Source of the DNA: Blepharisma stoltei ATCC 30299
Lineage: Eukaryota; Protista; Ciliophora
DNA length: 64,000 nucleotides
Assembly (NCBI GenBank): GCA_965603825.1
Contig: CBFDEM010000048.1
Coordinates: 248,001 to 312,000, forward strand
Direction of reading: 5' to 3'
Of the stretch, positions 47,222 to 58,253 are shown one piece after another; position 1 is the stretch's first letter, and every line of letters begins with the position of its first letter. The notes under the pieces were generated by a model. That model had not been told where the DNA came from. It searched no databases and saw only the letters and a list, made by a program, of their open reading frames with translations. The position numbers were made by a program, and so were the translations under genes.

Positions 47222-50068
47222 TTAAATGTAAGGATGATTACAGTCTCCATTATCGAAATTAAACTTTTCCATATCACATTCAGGGTCACAAATTCCATTC
47301 CCAAGCATTTCATTTTCACAGCAGTCCCCATTATCATAATAACAAATAGCAGTATTGCATTCCAAATCGCACATCCCATCTCCATATTTCGCTTCTAAGC
47401 ACGAGCACGCTATAGGTGAGTCTATTCCTCCTCCCACGCAATCTCCATTATCATAATCTTTATAAGAATAATTACACTCAGAATTGCAAACCCCATTTCC
47501 CAACATTTCTGGCTTGCAGCAGTCACCTTGGTCAAAGAAACATAATGGAATATTGCACTCAACTTCACATATATTATTGCCAAGGAGATCTGGACTGCAA
47601 GGGCACGCAGAAGGAACGCTGCATTCCTTAGCGTCAAACTTATAACCCTCTTGGTAGCACTCTAGATGGCAATGGCCATTGTGAAGTAGCTCTCCAGTGC
47701 AGCAATCTCCCATATCATAATTGCATTCAGGCCTCATACATTCATAGTCGCATATATTATTTCCTAATTGTGAATGATCACAAGGGCACTCTGTTATCCC
47801 TTTGCAATCACCCATATCAAAATCTTTTGAAACTGTAAAGCAAGCTGGGTCACATATAGAATTCCCAAGCATTCAATTGTCACAGCAGTCTCCATAGTCA
47901 TAGCCACAAAAGCTAGTCACGCACTCCCATTGGCAAACTCCATCACCTAGCAAACTTGGATCACAGTTGCATTGTGGCCTATAATTGCAAAATCCATTGT
48001 CATAGTCTAATTCATAATAATAGCACTCATAGTCGCATTTCTCATTTTCCAGCATTTCTGGCGTGCAACAGTCACCATGATCAAATAAGCAGGCATCATA
48101 TAGGCATTCAGGGTTGCATTCTCCATTTCCCAGCAACGATTCATCACAAGGACAATGTATAGTTTGACAATCTCCACCATCAAAATCAAAAGCTTCAGCG
48201 TAGCACATGAGGTCGCATATTCCATTAGAAATCATCCATCCTTCACAACAATCTCCAAAATCAAATCCACATTCCTCATTTACGCATTCCCAATTGCATG
48301 ACTTGTTTCCAAGCTTGTTTTTATCACATTTGCATTCTTCTTTAGCTGGCAAGCATTTCAGACCGTCCCAGTTAAATTGAGGTGCATAACATTCGTAATC
48401 GCATTGATCGTTATTTAGAAGTTTCCTATCACAACAGTCTCCAAGGTCAAATGCGCATCCAGGGAGTAAGCATTCTTTATCGCATTTTCCATCTCCAAGT
48501 TGGCGAACTTCACATGGGCATTCATTTTTCTTCACACAAAGGAAATCAAATGGATTATACAGACAAGCGACGTCGCAAAAATCATTGCTAAGCATCCATG
48601 ATTCGCAGCAATCTCCTAAATCAAATCCACATGCAGGATTATAGCAGTCTAAATCACATCTTCCATCTCCTAATTTCTCTAAGTCGCAGTGGCACATTTC
48701 TTTTAAACAGTCATTGTTATCATAGCTGTGGCGCATAAAGTTGCATTCCTGGTCACATATGCCATTAGCGAGCTTTGCTGCGTCACAGCAGTCTCCCAAA
48801 TCATAGTCGCATTCTTCATTATTGCACTCTTCATCACAAACAAAGTTTCCTCTTTTCGTAAGGTCACATTTACAGCTATTATTAACTCCGTTACAGTCAA
48901 AGTTATCCCAGTTAAACTGAGGAGCGTAACAAATCATGTCACAATGTCCGTCCCCGAGAAGGCTATAATCACAACAATCTCCCCCATCCCAGCCACACTC
49001 TGCAGTTAAACAGTCTTGGTCACATTGGCCGTTTCCTAATAGTTTTCTATCACATTTGCACACTAGCCCTTCACATTCTCCATTGTCATAATTATGAATA
49101 GGTACATTGCATTGGGAGTCGCAAAATCCATTTCCGATCATTCAAGGCTCGCAGCAATCTCCAAAATCATAGCCACATTCTGGAGTCGAGCATTTCCAGT
49201 TGCATTCTCCTTCTCCTAGCACTTCAGGAGGACATTTGCAGTCTTTCGAAATTGGCTTGCAGTCTCCATAATCATATTTGAATTTCAAAGTATAGCATTC
49301 AACATCACATACACCATTTTTCACTTTATTTTCATCACAGCAATCTCCCATATCAAATCCGCACCTATCAGACAAACATTCTATATCACATATCCCATTT
49401 CCTAATTTTTTATAATTGCAATTGCAAGGTTCTTTATCTTCACAGTCGCCTCCATCAAAATTAAAAGTAGGACTGTTACACCATGGATCACAAATTCCAT
49501 TCTTAAGCATCCAATTTTGACAGCAGTCTCCATAGTCAAAACTACAAACTTCTATATTGCATTCTGGGTGGCAGACTCCGTCCCCCAAAAGTATATCTTC
49601 GCATGGGCACATTGAAGGGGCGTCTGCAAAGCATTTTGGGCCGTTCCAATCGAATTGCCAGGAATGGCATTCTGGAGTGCATACTCCACTTTTAAGAGCT
49701 GATAAATCACAACAGTCTCCAAGATCATATAAACATTCCAAAGTTACGCATTCACGATCACAGACATGATTGCCAAGCATGCTTGGGTCACATTTGCATT
49801 CAGGAATATTTAAGCATAAACCTCCATCATATTGATATCTGGCAGTATTGCAGGCTGGATCACAAACATTATTGTGTAGCATTCAGGGCTCGCAGCAATC
49901 GCCCATATCGAAGTTGCATCCAGAGCTAACGCATTCTCAGTTGCAAACTTTGTCGCCTAGCTTTGATTCAGGGCAGTTGCATCGATTTTTTGTGTCGTAA
50001 GGACTTATTTGGCTCTGTTCAGGTAATAAGTATGCTAACGATAAGTTAACGATAAAATAGAGTATCAT
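47222..50068 (-). CDS. Secreted Cys-rich protein of about 30 LNR (Notch/Lin-12)-like repeats, 948 aa
   Basis: ATG 50068 with signal-like MILYFIVNLSLA; TGA at 49937, 49883, 49142 and 47873 join three ORFs; repeated C....LG(D/N)G.C...C....C.(F/Y)D.GDC. Confidence 0.88.
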
Positions 50069-50493
50069 TTTTATTTTTGATTTTGTTAATAGTAATTTAC
50101 ACAAATCCTTTTTACATCATATCATGGATTTGATATAGCAATGTATTTTGAAGAAAGAACATTTTTCTAATAAAAATTGCATGAAATTAATTTTCTATTT
50201 GCTCACTAACAATGAGCAGATATTTTATGAGCTTTTGTTTAGTTTAGATAAGTTATCCTAGTTATAAGCGATGCGGCATGGCATGACTCATTAGGAGGAA
50301 ATAGAAGATTTTCAGTTTTAAATATTCATTATAGTCAAAAGCAGTATGTTAATTATTTTATCAAATCTTATAAAGATTAATAGAGTAGTATCATGCAATT
50401 ATTAATAGCTTTAAAATCTTTATAGTTTCTAATAGTTTTACCTCCTAATTGTCTAAAGCTATTATTTAGAATTTATTAGATATTTCCTAATAA

Positions 50494-51855
50494 ATGATTC
50501 CATTCGTAGCATCTCCAAGCACTGAAGAAAAAACAAGCAACATTACAATCCAAAAGCAGGACACAAATTTTGTTGTTTTTGCATATGGCATTGTACCACC
50601 TCTTCTGAATCATAGCAAAATCAAGCAATCCTTGCTAAGAAAAGACCCCACTCATGAAGGAATCGTAAAATTAAAATGCGGAGCCGAGCATTTTGTATGC
50701 TTGACAGAGAAAAATGCGTTAATCATAGGAGGCAGCAATAAATACGGCCAATGCGGATATACTGAGTTAGAGCAGTTAGAAGCGCTCAAAAATAAGCCAG
50801 TTACTAAAGAGGATCAAGAAAAAACCGAAGAGCCTGAGCCCCAAAACAATCACATTTGGACTGTCCTAAAAATAGACGGTCACGAAATTTTAGATATTGC
50901 TGCTGGATCTTATCATACCATGATCTTGGTCAAAAGAAACGAAGATGGCTTAAGACGATTACTTTGCATGGGCCATGAGCTTGGCTCAGGATTTTTAGAT
51001 AAGAAGCATAGATGCAACCCAACTGAAATTTTTATCCCAGGAACTGATGGAGATCCTATTAAAAAGATTTTTGCTGGCCAGCTAAGATCTGCTGCTGTAT
51101 TGGAATCTGGGAGGATTTTTATGTGGGGAGAATGGTTTTCTGGTCAAAAGCAAAGGCATCCTGTTGAAATTAATATGACGCTGGACGAAGGTGACAATAT
51201 AAAGAAAATTTCAATTGGGAAAATGCATGCTTTAATTATTACTAAAAAAGGAAAATTATACTCTGTAGGAGACAATACTTATGGAGAGCTTGGCGAGCCT
51301 AGAAATGTAAGAGGAAGGGACAGACCAGCAACAATTGAGTTCTTCAACAACTGGGGAAGAGTATGCAAAGGCTTTCAAATTATAGACTGCGAAGCTGGAT
51401 GCAGGCACTCTATTATTCTAGACAACATGGGAAATATTTATACATTTGGAGATAATAGTGAAGGACAATGTGGGCTTGAGGAAAATAGAGTTTATACTCC
51501 AAAAATTGTTGACGTGCCTGACATTTTTGCAGACACAAACGCAAAAGCCAGCTATATCTTCGCGGGGGATGCCCATTCAGCTTGTTTGACTTTAAATGGA
51601 GATCTATTTGCGTGGGGTGATAATAGTGCAGGAAGGCTAGGAATTGAGTCGAATGGGTCTGTATTCCACCCTACACTTGTGGACGAGTTAGTTGGCAGGA
51701 ATTTATGTGGTGCTTGTCTTGGAGGGTTCTTCAGTATATTTGTGGCTGGAACAGAAAACAATTCACTATTAAAGAAATATGAAATAAGAAAACGAAAAAC
51801 GCAAGCTAGAAAAACACTGAGACTTGGAGGACTTAAACTGCCAATTAAACTTTAA
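50494..51855 (+). CDS. RCC1-repeat beta-propeller protein, 453 aa
   Basis: Repeated IAAGSYHT / GDNTYGELG / GDNSEGQCG / WGDNSAGRLG motifs. Confidence 0.9.
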   Translation: MIPFVASPSTEEKTSNITIQKQDTNFVVFAYGIVPPLLNHSKIKQSLLRKDPTHEGIVKLKCGAEHFVCLTEKNALIIGGSNKYGQCGYTELEQLEALKNKPVTKEDQEKTEEPEPQNNHIWTVLKIDGHEILDIAAGSYHTMILVKRNEDGLRRLLCMGHELGSGFLDKKHRCNPTEIFIPGTDGDPIKKIFAGQLRSAAVLESGRIFMWGEWFSGQKQRHPVEINMTLDEGDNIKKISIGKMHALIITKKGKLYSVGDNTYGELGEPRNVRGRDRPATIEFFNNWGRVCKGFQIIDCEAGCRHSIILDNMGNIYTFGDNSEGQCGLEENRVYTPKIVDVPDIFADTNAKASYIFAGDAHSACLTLNGDLFAWGDNSAGRLGIESNGSVFHPTLVDELVGRNLCGACLGGFFSIFVAGTENNSLLKKYEIRKRKTQARKTLRLGGLKLPIKL

Positions 51856-51881
51856 TATCTTAATATAATAAAATAAAATTT

Positions 51882-52706
51882 ATGCTTTGTAACAAGCTAG
51901 CATACAGATACTTAACACAGTCAAGTTTAGGTACAGGTAAAGCAATAATGCAAATGCCTACACAGTTTAAATACTTGAATTGTGTTTCCTCAAGACAAAA
52001 TAATTATGCAGGCTTCTATTTTAATAAAAATATTAGAAGACCCTTTGGAACTGAAAGCCGGACCAGAGAGAATTTGACAAAGGAAGACTTAGATGATATG
52101 ACTTATTATGAAATTTTAGGCGTATCCCCAAAAGCAAATAGCAATCAAATACGAAAAGCATACCTTAATCTCGCTCGTAAAAAGCACCCAGATCTGCAGG
52201 AAGAGCCAACTGTAAGCCTTATATAGACAGAATTTTCATATATTGTTAAAGCCTACCAAACTTTGATGGATGATCAGCAAAGAGCTATCTATGACGATTC
52301 TTTAGTAAACGACAAAGAATACTATGGAGTTGGTTTTGGAAGATTTAAAATAAATTTAAAGTTTATTTTTTTGCTGACTGTCAGTGGGCTAATATATGCC
52401 CTTGTTAATAGAGAAAACAGTAAGTCAGAAAATCTTTGCCCAAATGATCATAAGATGAAAAAATTAGATCTGAGTAAGACGGTTGTGGAAACGAAAAAAG
52501 ATGAATCTGAAAATGAGCAAACAGCATTTGAAGTCGTATTAAAGAAGAAAAGACCACAAAGAGTTGATAACTCATTAGTAAGAAATCCTAAAAGTGCTCC
52601 GATATTTGCTAAAAAGGCACCAAAAAATATCATAGAGGAAGAAGATATTATAGACGAGCCCATAGTACTTCCAAAACACAAATCAATCGAAACTAAAAGC
52701 CTATAA
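51882..52706 (+). CDS. DnaJ-domain protein, probably mitochondrial and membrane-anchored, 1 intron, 269 aa
   Basis: [22 protein letters not shown]; intron 52212-52226 restores helix III ([22 protein letters not shown]); one TM segment. Confidence 0.88.
52212..52226 (+). other. 15-nt intron GTAAGCCTTATATAG
   Basis: Removes an in-frame TAG inside the J-domain; A at -6. Confidence 0.9.
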
Positions 52707-53014
52707 AAATTAAGTTTATTTCAATAATAAGTCGCAAATTATTCAGAATCTTTATAACACTTTTAAATAAATTTTATTTATTGGGAAATGGGTCTTAACT
52801 AGGTGTGAAAATTGCTGCATACAGTGTTCGACTTCTGATATAGCAAAAAATGGAAAAGTCCTTAATGATAATAACAGTAATAATTATTAATTATATAAAA
52901 TTAAGGCTGCTTATGCTTATTAATGCTGTAGCTTATTATTTATTTAGAATAAGCCTCATTAAAATACAGCGTCGCGATAATTCGCAATCTAAAGTTCTGT
53001 GCATTATATTATAA

Positions 53015-53644
53015 ATGGCCGCAGGAAGATCATATATAGGTGCTACCTATGAGCAAGATCCTTTTTACAAAAAGAAAGAAGACAAGCTAATAAAATCAAT
53101 GACATGACCTCCAGAATATTCTCAGAAAGTAGACATAAAAAAAGTTAATATGAAACTCATAAACAAATGAATTTCCAAAAGAACAACTCAAATTTTGGAA
53201 ATAGAAGATGAGATTTTAGCTAATTTAATAACTGCTTTTCTTGAAAATACAGAAAATGCTTTGGATCCCAAAAAGCTTGAGCTCAGCATTCATGGCTTCT
53301 TAGAAGAAAACACGAGAGGCTTTGTTCTTGAATTATGAAGGCTCCTTATATCAGCGAATAAAGACCCGAATGGAATTCCTTCTGCTTTGTTTGAAGAAAG
53401 CTTAGAATTATTAGTTGAAGAAGGAAAGGAAGAAAATAAGAGGGAATCTGGCAAAAGGCCTCAAAAAAAGTGAAGGGAAAGATCAAGAGAGCGAGGCCGA
53501 TATAGAGATGATTATAGGCATAGGGAAAGACATCGTGATAGCCATCGCCATAAGAGCGATTCAAGTTCAAGTGAGAAAACTTGGTCTAAATCTTCGTCGA
53601 GCTCTTCAGAAAGAGAACGAAGACATCGAAAGTATCACAGATAA
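53015..53644 (+). CDS. PWI-domain RS-rich splicing factor (SRRM1/SRm160-like), 209 aa; absent from the ORF track
   Basis: QKVDIKKVNMKLINK[W]ISKRTTQILEIEDEIL...LDPKKLELSIHGFL...FVLEL[W]RLLISA...NGIP, then an R/S/H-rich tail. TGA at 53105, 53168, 53336 and 53471; TAA at 53642. Confidence 0.88.
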
Positions 53645-53662
53645 AATTATATTAAACATTGA

Positions 53663-54304
53663 TTATACATAAAGCTTAGTAAATTCTTTTCTAACTTTCT
53701 TTAAAAAAGTACCTAAAGATAGAGTCCAGTTTAGCTCCATTTCGAGATCTTGAAGCCGTGGAATTTCTGGGATGCAAGAGACGATTTGATATTTTTCATT
53801 ATTAAGGGCAAGAGTCACACTATGCTCAGTTTTTCTATCTCTTGCGATATATTCGAAGCTGAACTTTATATTTTCACCAATTTTTTCAATTTTCATTCCA
53901 AGTCTATCATGGTGTGTTTTCCTAACTATTTCTAATTTGGTCCTGATGTCTCGATAATATGAAATTAAATCTGCTAATTTTTTAGTCTCATTTGGGAGCG
54001 TTGAGAGGTCAATTGTGTTTATAGAGCATAAAGCTTGCAATTCTTCTTTCTTTAGGATCGTAGTCTCTTCAATTATCTGCAAGCTCTCAGCTGTAGACAC
54101 AACTGCGCTTTTTAAATTTTCAAGTGCGTTTGAAACTTGACCCAAATTTGTTTGCCGCTCCCTCCAGTTTTTTTCGTTTAACTCAAAAGTTGATTCTATT
54201 CTCTTATAAATTCTTTGCCGATGCTTCACATAATCCTCGTCAAGGGCAGGTAAAATAATTTTTCTGAGTTCTTCACTATTTCTTTTGATTTTGGCCGCGG
54301 ACAT
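53663..54304 (-). CDS. SPC25: Kinetochore protein Spc25 (Ndc80 complex), 213 aa
   Basis: Coiled coil, then RWD-like LGMKIE...IKFSFEYI...YQIVSCIP.....L...LN.T..L..FLKKVRKEF. Confidence 0.8.
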   Translation of the reverse strand: MSAAKIKRNSEELRKIILPALDEDYVKHRQRIYKRIESTFELNEKNWRERQTNLGQVSNALENLKSAVVSTAESLQIIEETTILKKEELQALCSINTIDLSTLPNETKKLADLISYYRDIRTKLEIVRKTHHDRLGMKIEKIGENIKFSFEYIARDRKTEHSVTLALNNEKYQIVSCIPEIPRLQDLEMELNWTLSLGTFLKKVRKEFTKLYV

Positions 54305-54414
54305 TTATTATGAATAAAAATCGTTTAAGTTAAATGATGAATCTTATAAAAAATCAATTTTAATTTAATTTCAGTATGAACACTATTACTTTTTTAATTT
54401 TATTAAAAATAGCT

Positions 54415-55443
54415 ATGAATTATAGCTGAATATATCATCCAAAATATACAAAAACGGGCTCATCACGGCCATCTACTCCTGTTCATCAGCAAAGTTTCAT
54501 AACTGCAGGAAGAATGAAATCAATGCAGGTAAAATTCACTAGAAATTTCATTATTCATCCTCGTCACTCAAACAAATCATTACCAGTATCACGAAATATA
54601 TCTCCAGACGCTACTCCTAAAAAGTCACCTAAAATCGTTTTAGAGAGTCCTAAAACTGATTCAGTCCCACGCTCGGCATCAGCTGGAATTTTCAAACCTT
54701 CACGAAAAGTATATGTTGAACTGGCTGCTGCAAAAAATTTTTTTGATTTACAAGGCAAAAGTATTCAAAAAGACTTAAGCTCTCTAATGAGCATTGCAAG
54801 CACAAAAAATTATGACGATAGAACAGCAACTCTTTTAAAAGAATACAAAAAGCAAGTAAGTAAAGTTGTAAAAAAAGCAAAATCCGACAAAGAAGAATTG
54901 CATGATTGCAAATTTTCAAATCCATATACACACCCGAAAGCCAGAATATTTTTTAGAGAAATTAAGAGAGGAAATATGAAAGAAATTATTCAGCTGTTGC
55001 TTGAGCATCCTGAGCTAGTAAGAGCAGTTGATTCTGTAATTTTTATATAGACACAGCAAACTGCGTTACATTGAGCAGTTAGGAGGAATAATCTTGAGCT
55101 TGTGCAGCTTTTAGTGATTTCGTCTAAAGCATTTATTTATGCTAAAGATATAACTGAAAGAACACCGGTGGAAATTGCAGAGCATTTGAATTTGAAAGAA
55201 ATTCAAACTTTTTTGAGGAATTATGCGCAGCAAAAAAGAACAAAAGGGTTTAGTGTGATTGCTGATAGAGAAGAAATAAAAGTTGATGAAAAAAATAATG
55301 AAATTAGCAGATTGATTTCTTCAATTGAAACCACAAAAACGAGAAGCAGGATTTTATTTAGAAATGGCGACAGCAGAGAAAGGTCACCAATTAAAGCTTC
55401 GATTCCAATTGGTGAAAATATTGAAATTAATTCTATGCTGTAG
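54415..55443 (+). CDS. Ankyrin-repeat protein, 1 intron, about 337 aa
   Basis: ATG 54415 is in frame via TGA 54427 (alternative start 54514). Intron 55036-55050 and TGA 55072 give TALH[W]AVRRNNLELVQLL..AKDITERTP. Confidence 0.8.
55036..55050 (+). other. 15-nt intron GTAATTTTTATATAG
   Basis: Removes an in-frame TAG within an ankyrin repeat; A at -6. Confidence 0.88.
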
Positions 55444-55530
55444 AATTTTTCAAATAAATATAATTAATTTAATTAACAATAACAAGAAATCATTATTAAT
55501 CTTTTTTTTTTAACACACGTTTATTAATAA

Positions 55531-56790
55531 TTATTTTTCTCCAGTTTTGTTATTCACCGATACCTTTTTTTGTGCTCTTACAACCTTAATAGTTGGATGA
55601 GGCTTTGGTTTTGAATTTGCAACTGATCTTTCAGTATCACATCTAGTCGGTTTATTTACAGTTTCAATTTCGATTTTCTTATTGAAATTGCTTAAACTCC
55701 CAGTTAATTTCATTCTTTCAATACTTTTTTGCATATACTCTGAATCTGATCTAGGAGAAGCTACTCTAAATGATTGAGATAAGGCATACCTTGTTGTGCT
55801 CAATGTGTCCTGGATTTGAAGTGAAAGCTGATCAACACGTGAGCTATGCCCAGACAAAGACTGCACAAAATGGTCAAAGTCAAAATTGTTATCACTTCCT
55901 TCACTTATAGATAGCCTCACTGGAGAGTTTCTTGCTTCAGAACTTCCAGGACTTGTAGTTAAATTTTCATTTTTTGGGGATGAATATGAGGAAAATGTAG
56001 GTGTCCTCTTTTTTTGGTGGTTTGATGTCTTAGCTTGCAGGCTTGAAATTCTATTGTGCTCGGCTTCTAAAAAGCGATCAATAAATTTCATAAGCTTAAG
56101 CAAAACTTCTTCAAGTTTTGAATCTTTAATGAGGTCCATAAAATTATTGGTACTGGAAAAAGACTCATCAAAAAGTTGATGAAGATAAGGGATTAGCTTG
56201 ATGTCTCTTTGAATTTTAAGTGCTAATGATATAGATTCTGGAGAAAAAGAATGGCTATTTTCTTGGAAGAAAAGGGAATCACAATTAGGATTTACGTTTT
56301 TATAAAAGGAAATTGGAGTTTGGCTGAAGTTACTTTCTTCTATTCTTGATTCTAGAATTAAATTTCTTTCCTTTAAATCCTTTATCTCATTGTTTTTTAT
56401 TTGCAAAGTGTGAGCCATCTCATTGAACTCCTTTTGCATATTGTTTAATTCTTTCAGTTTGCTTTCCAAAAATTCATTTTTTAAGAACAGCTCGTCTCTT
56501 GTATTTTTATAGTCAATAGCAGCTTTATATAGTTCGTCTCGCTTTTGAATTGAGTCTGCTAATGCTTCTCTCAGCAATTTTTTGTCATGCTCAAGGGAGC
56601 AAACGATTGATTCGAAGTTTTTACTATTTAGGCCCATTTTATAATTTATTTCTCTGGATATTTCATCTTTTGCGCCTTGTTTATTGAATAAATCACTCAT
56701 TTTTAGTCTACTTCTGTTTATTGACTCAGCTTGGTTTATATATGTGAGGTTTGAAATTGAATTTAGAGATTCATTTCCATTCGATATCAT
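55531..56790 (-). CDS. Coiled-coil hypothetical protein, about 419 aa
   Basis: Long ORF. ATG 56790 in AAAAATG context is preferred over the TTG start of the ORF track; heptad-rich central region. Confidence 0.7.
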   Translation of the reverse strand: MISNGNESLNSISNLTYINQAESINRSRLKMSDLFNKQGAKDEISREINYKMGLNSKNFESIVCSLEHDKKLLREALADSIQKRDELYKAAIDYKNTRDELFLKNEFLESKLKELNNMQKEFNEMAHTLQIKNNEIKDLKERNLILESRIEESNFSQTPISFYKNVNPNCDSLFFQENSHSFSPESISLALKIQRDIKLIPYLHQLFDESFSSTNNFMDLIKDSKLEEVLLKLMKFIDRFLEAEHNRISSLQAKTSNHQKKRTPTFSSYSSPKNENLTTSPGSSEARNSPVRLSISEGSDNNFDFDHFVQSLSGHSSRVDQLSLQIQDTLSTTRYALSQSFRVASPRSDSEYMQKSIERMKLTGSLSNFNKKIEIETVNKPTRCDTERSVANSKPKPHPTIKVVRAQKKVSVNNKTGEK

Positions 56791-56956
56791 TTTTATTATA
56801 TTAAGTAAATCATATATCTTTATCAAACCATAACTGACTTCAAAAATGGTATATTGAGGCATGCATAACAAAACTTGCAAATAAAATATAGGTTTGCATT
56901 TTAGGCTTTCAACTTCGTAAATATTAAAAAAGAACTTAAAAATAGCAATAAAAACA

Positions 56957-57385
56957 ACGAAAAGATTTGCTATCAGACAATAAGTTTAAGTTTTATAGAT
57001 ATTGTCAGATCTTATTTAGTCACAAGATCTTTTAAGTGCAATCAATATGTCTTTTATTGTTTAAAATGTGACTGATAGGGATAAACACAATATATCTAAG
57101 CCATAATAAAGTTTAAATTTCTCCTCAGATTAAAGTGATAGGACGTTCTGGAAAATATGCTTTGCTGTCAAAAAAAAAAGATAGAAATTTTTTGTAAAGA
57201 ATCTATAAAAGTATTTTAGGCAATCTAAGACTTGAGTCACATAACTTTTGATTGCAGACACTATTGAGAAACCAAGTGAAAAAATGCATAAAACTTCTGA
57301 TATGTTTTATGCACCCAATGCTAAAAAATGCCTTTAGAATGTGCACGGGCCATCATGGAATTTTTTTTGATACATCTAGTATAAA
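56957..57385 (+). pseudogene. Decayed tandem copy of the adjacent C2H2 zinc-finger gene
   Basis: Collinear similarity to 57602..58141, e.g. acgaaaagatttgctatcagacaa vs atgaacagatttgttgtcagacaa; gtgcaatcaat; gatagggataaacac vs gatagggataagcac; tttgctgtcaaaaaaaaaagat vs tttgctgacaaaaaaaaggat; acttctgata. ATG changed to ACG, plus stops and indels. Confidence 0.8.
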
Positions 57386-57601
57386 CTACAAATATACGAA
57401 TTTATTTTTTAAAGATTTGTCAACAATAGTAAGGTTCAAGCCGATAAGGCTTAGTAATACTATATTGTCATTAGCTTCATTCAAAACATCTATACTAGTT
57501 TCATTTTAATATGGTTTAGTTTATTTTATGAATAAATTTACTATGTTTAAAAGTTGTCCATAATTATTTAAAACAAAATTTCAAAAATAATAATAAAATC
57601 A

Positions 57602-58141
57602 ATGAACAGATTTGTTGTCAGACAATTTCTCTTACCGCATCCTCAGGATCTACAAATATCATCAGATCCGATTGATCGTGCAAATACTTTCATGTGCAAT
57701 CAATGCTTATTGTCATTTGAAAGCGCAACCGATAGGGATAAGCACAGCATCACTAAGCCGATAATTGACAAATCTGAAGTCTTTAAGGAAAAACCTAAAG
57801 TTTTCACATATGAAAATGATAAGGGATTTTGCGAAATAAATTTTGCTGACAAAAAAAAGGATGGAGAATTTTTCTGTGATGAATGCAATAAAGGATTTTC
57901 ATCATATCAAGGACTCCGGCAGCACGAAGGCAAAATACATAGAGAGAAAAAAAGAAATTTTAAGTGTACTATTTGCGTTAAAAAATTTTTCAGCAGATAC
58001 CTCTTGAGATCTCACATGAAGCAAGTGCATGAGACTTCTGATAAGTTTTCATGCATTCAATCCAGCCAATTTGATAAAACAGAAAATGCTCTTAAAATGC
58101 ATGCTGATCATTGCGGTATGAGTTTTGGATACAGAAATTAA
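57602..58141 (+). CDS. C2H2 zinc-finger protein, 179 aa
   Basis: CDECNKGF..YQGLRQHEGKIH and CTICVKKF..RYLLRSHMKQVH, plus degenerate flanking fingers. Confidence 0.85.
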   Translation: MNRFVVRQFLLPHPQDLQISSDPIDRANTFMCNQCLLSFESATDRDKHSITKPIIDKSEVFKEKPKVFTYENDKGFCEINFADKKKDGEFFCDECNKGFSSYQGLRQHEGKIHREKKRNFKCTICVKKFFSRYLLRSHMKQVHETSDKFSCIQSSQFDKTENALKMHADHCGMSFGYRN

Positions 58142-58253
58142 TATAAACTAATAAATATATAAATTATAAAAAATGGCTTAGTTATTTTATAATTAAATTT
58201 ACTAAGAAAATATGAAGCCATAATTTTCCTTTCGATAATTTTCCATAATAAAT

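Noticed and set aside
52790-52850. GTTCGAC T-loop-like motif suggesting a tRNA
   Set aside because: I could not form an acceptor stem, D-arm or a proper 5-bp T-stem.
53415-53672. 85-aa ORF in the track
   Set aside because: It is an off-frame reading of the RS-rich tail of the PWI gene and starts with TTG.
23360-54304. POC5, SMC2 and SPC25 as a chromosome-segregation gene cluster
   Set aside because: They are spread over 30 kb among unrelated genes, with no evidence of functional clustering.
57252-57509. 85-aa ORF in the track
   Set aside because: TTG start, and it overlaps the decayed C2H2 duplicate and AT-rich spacer.
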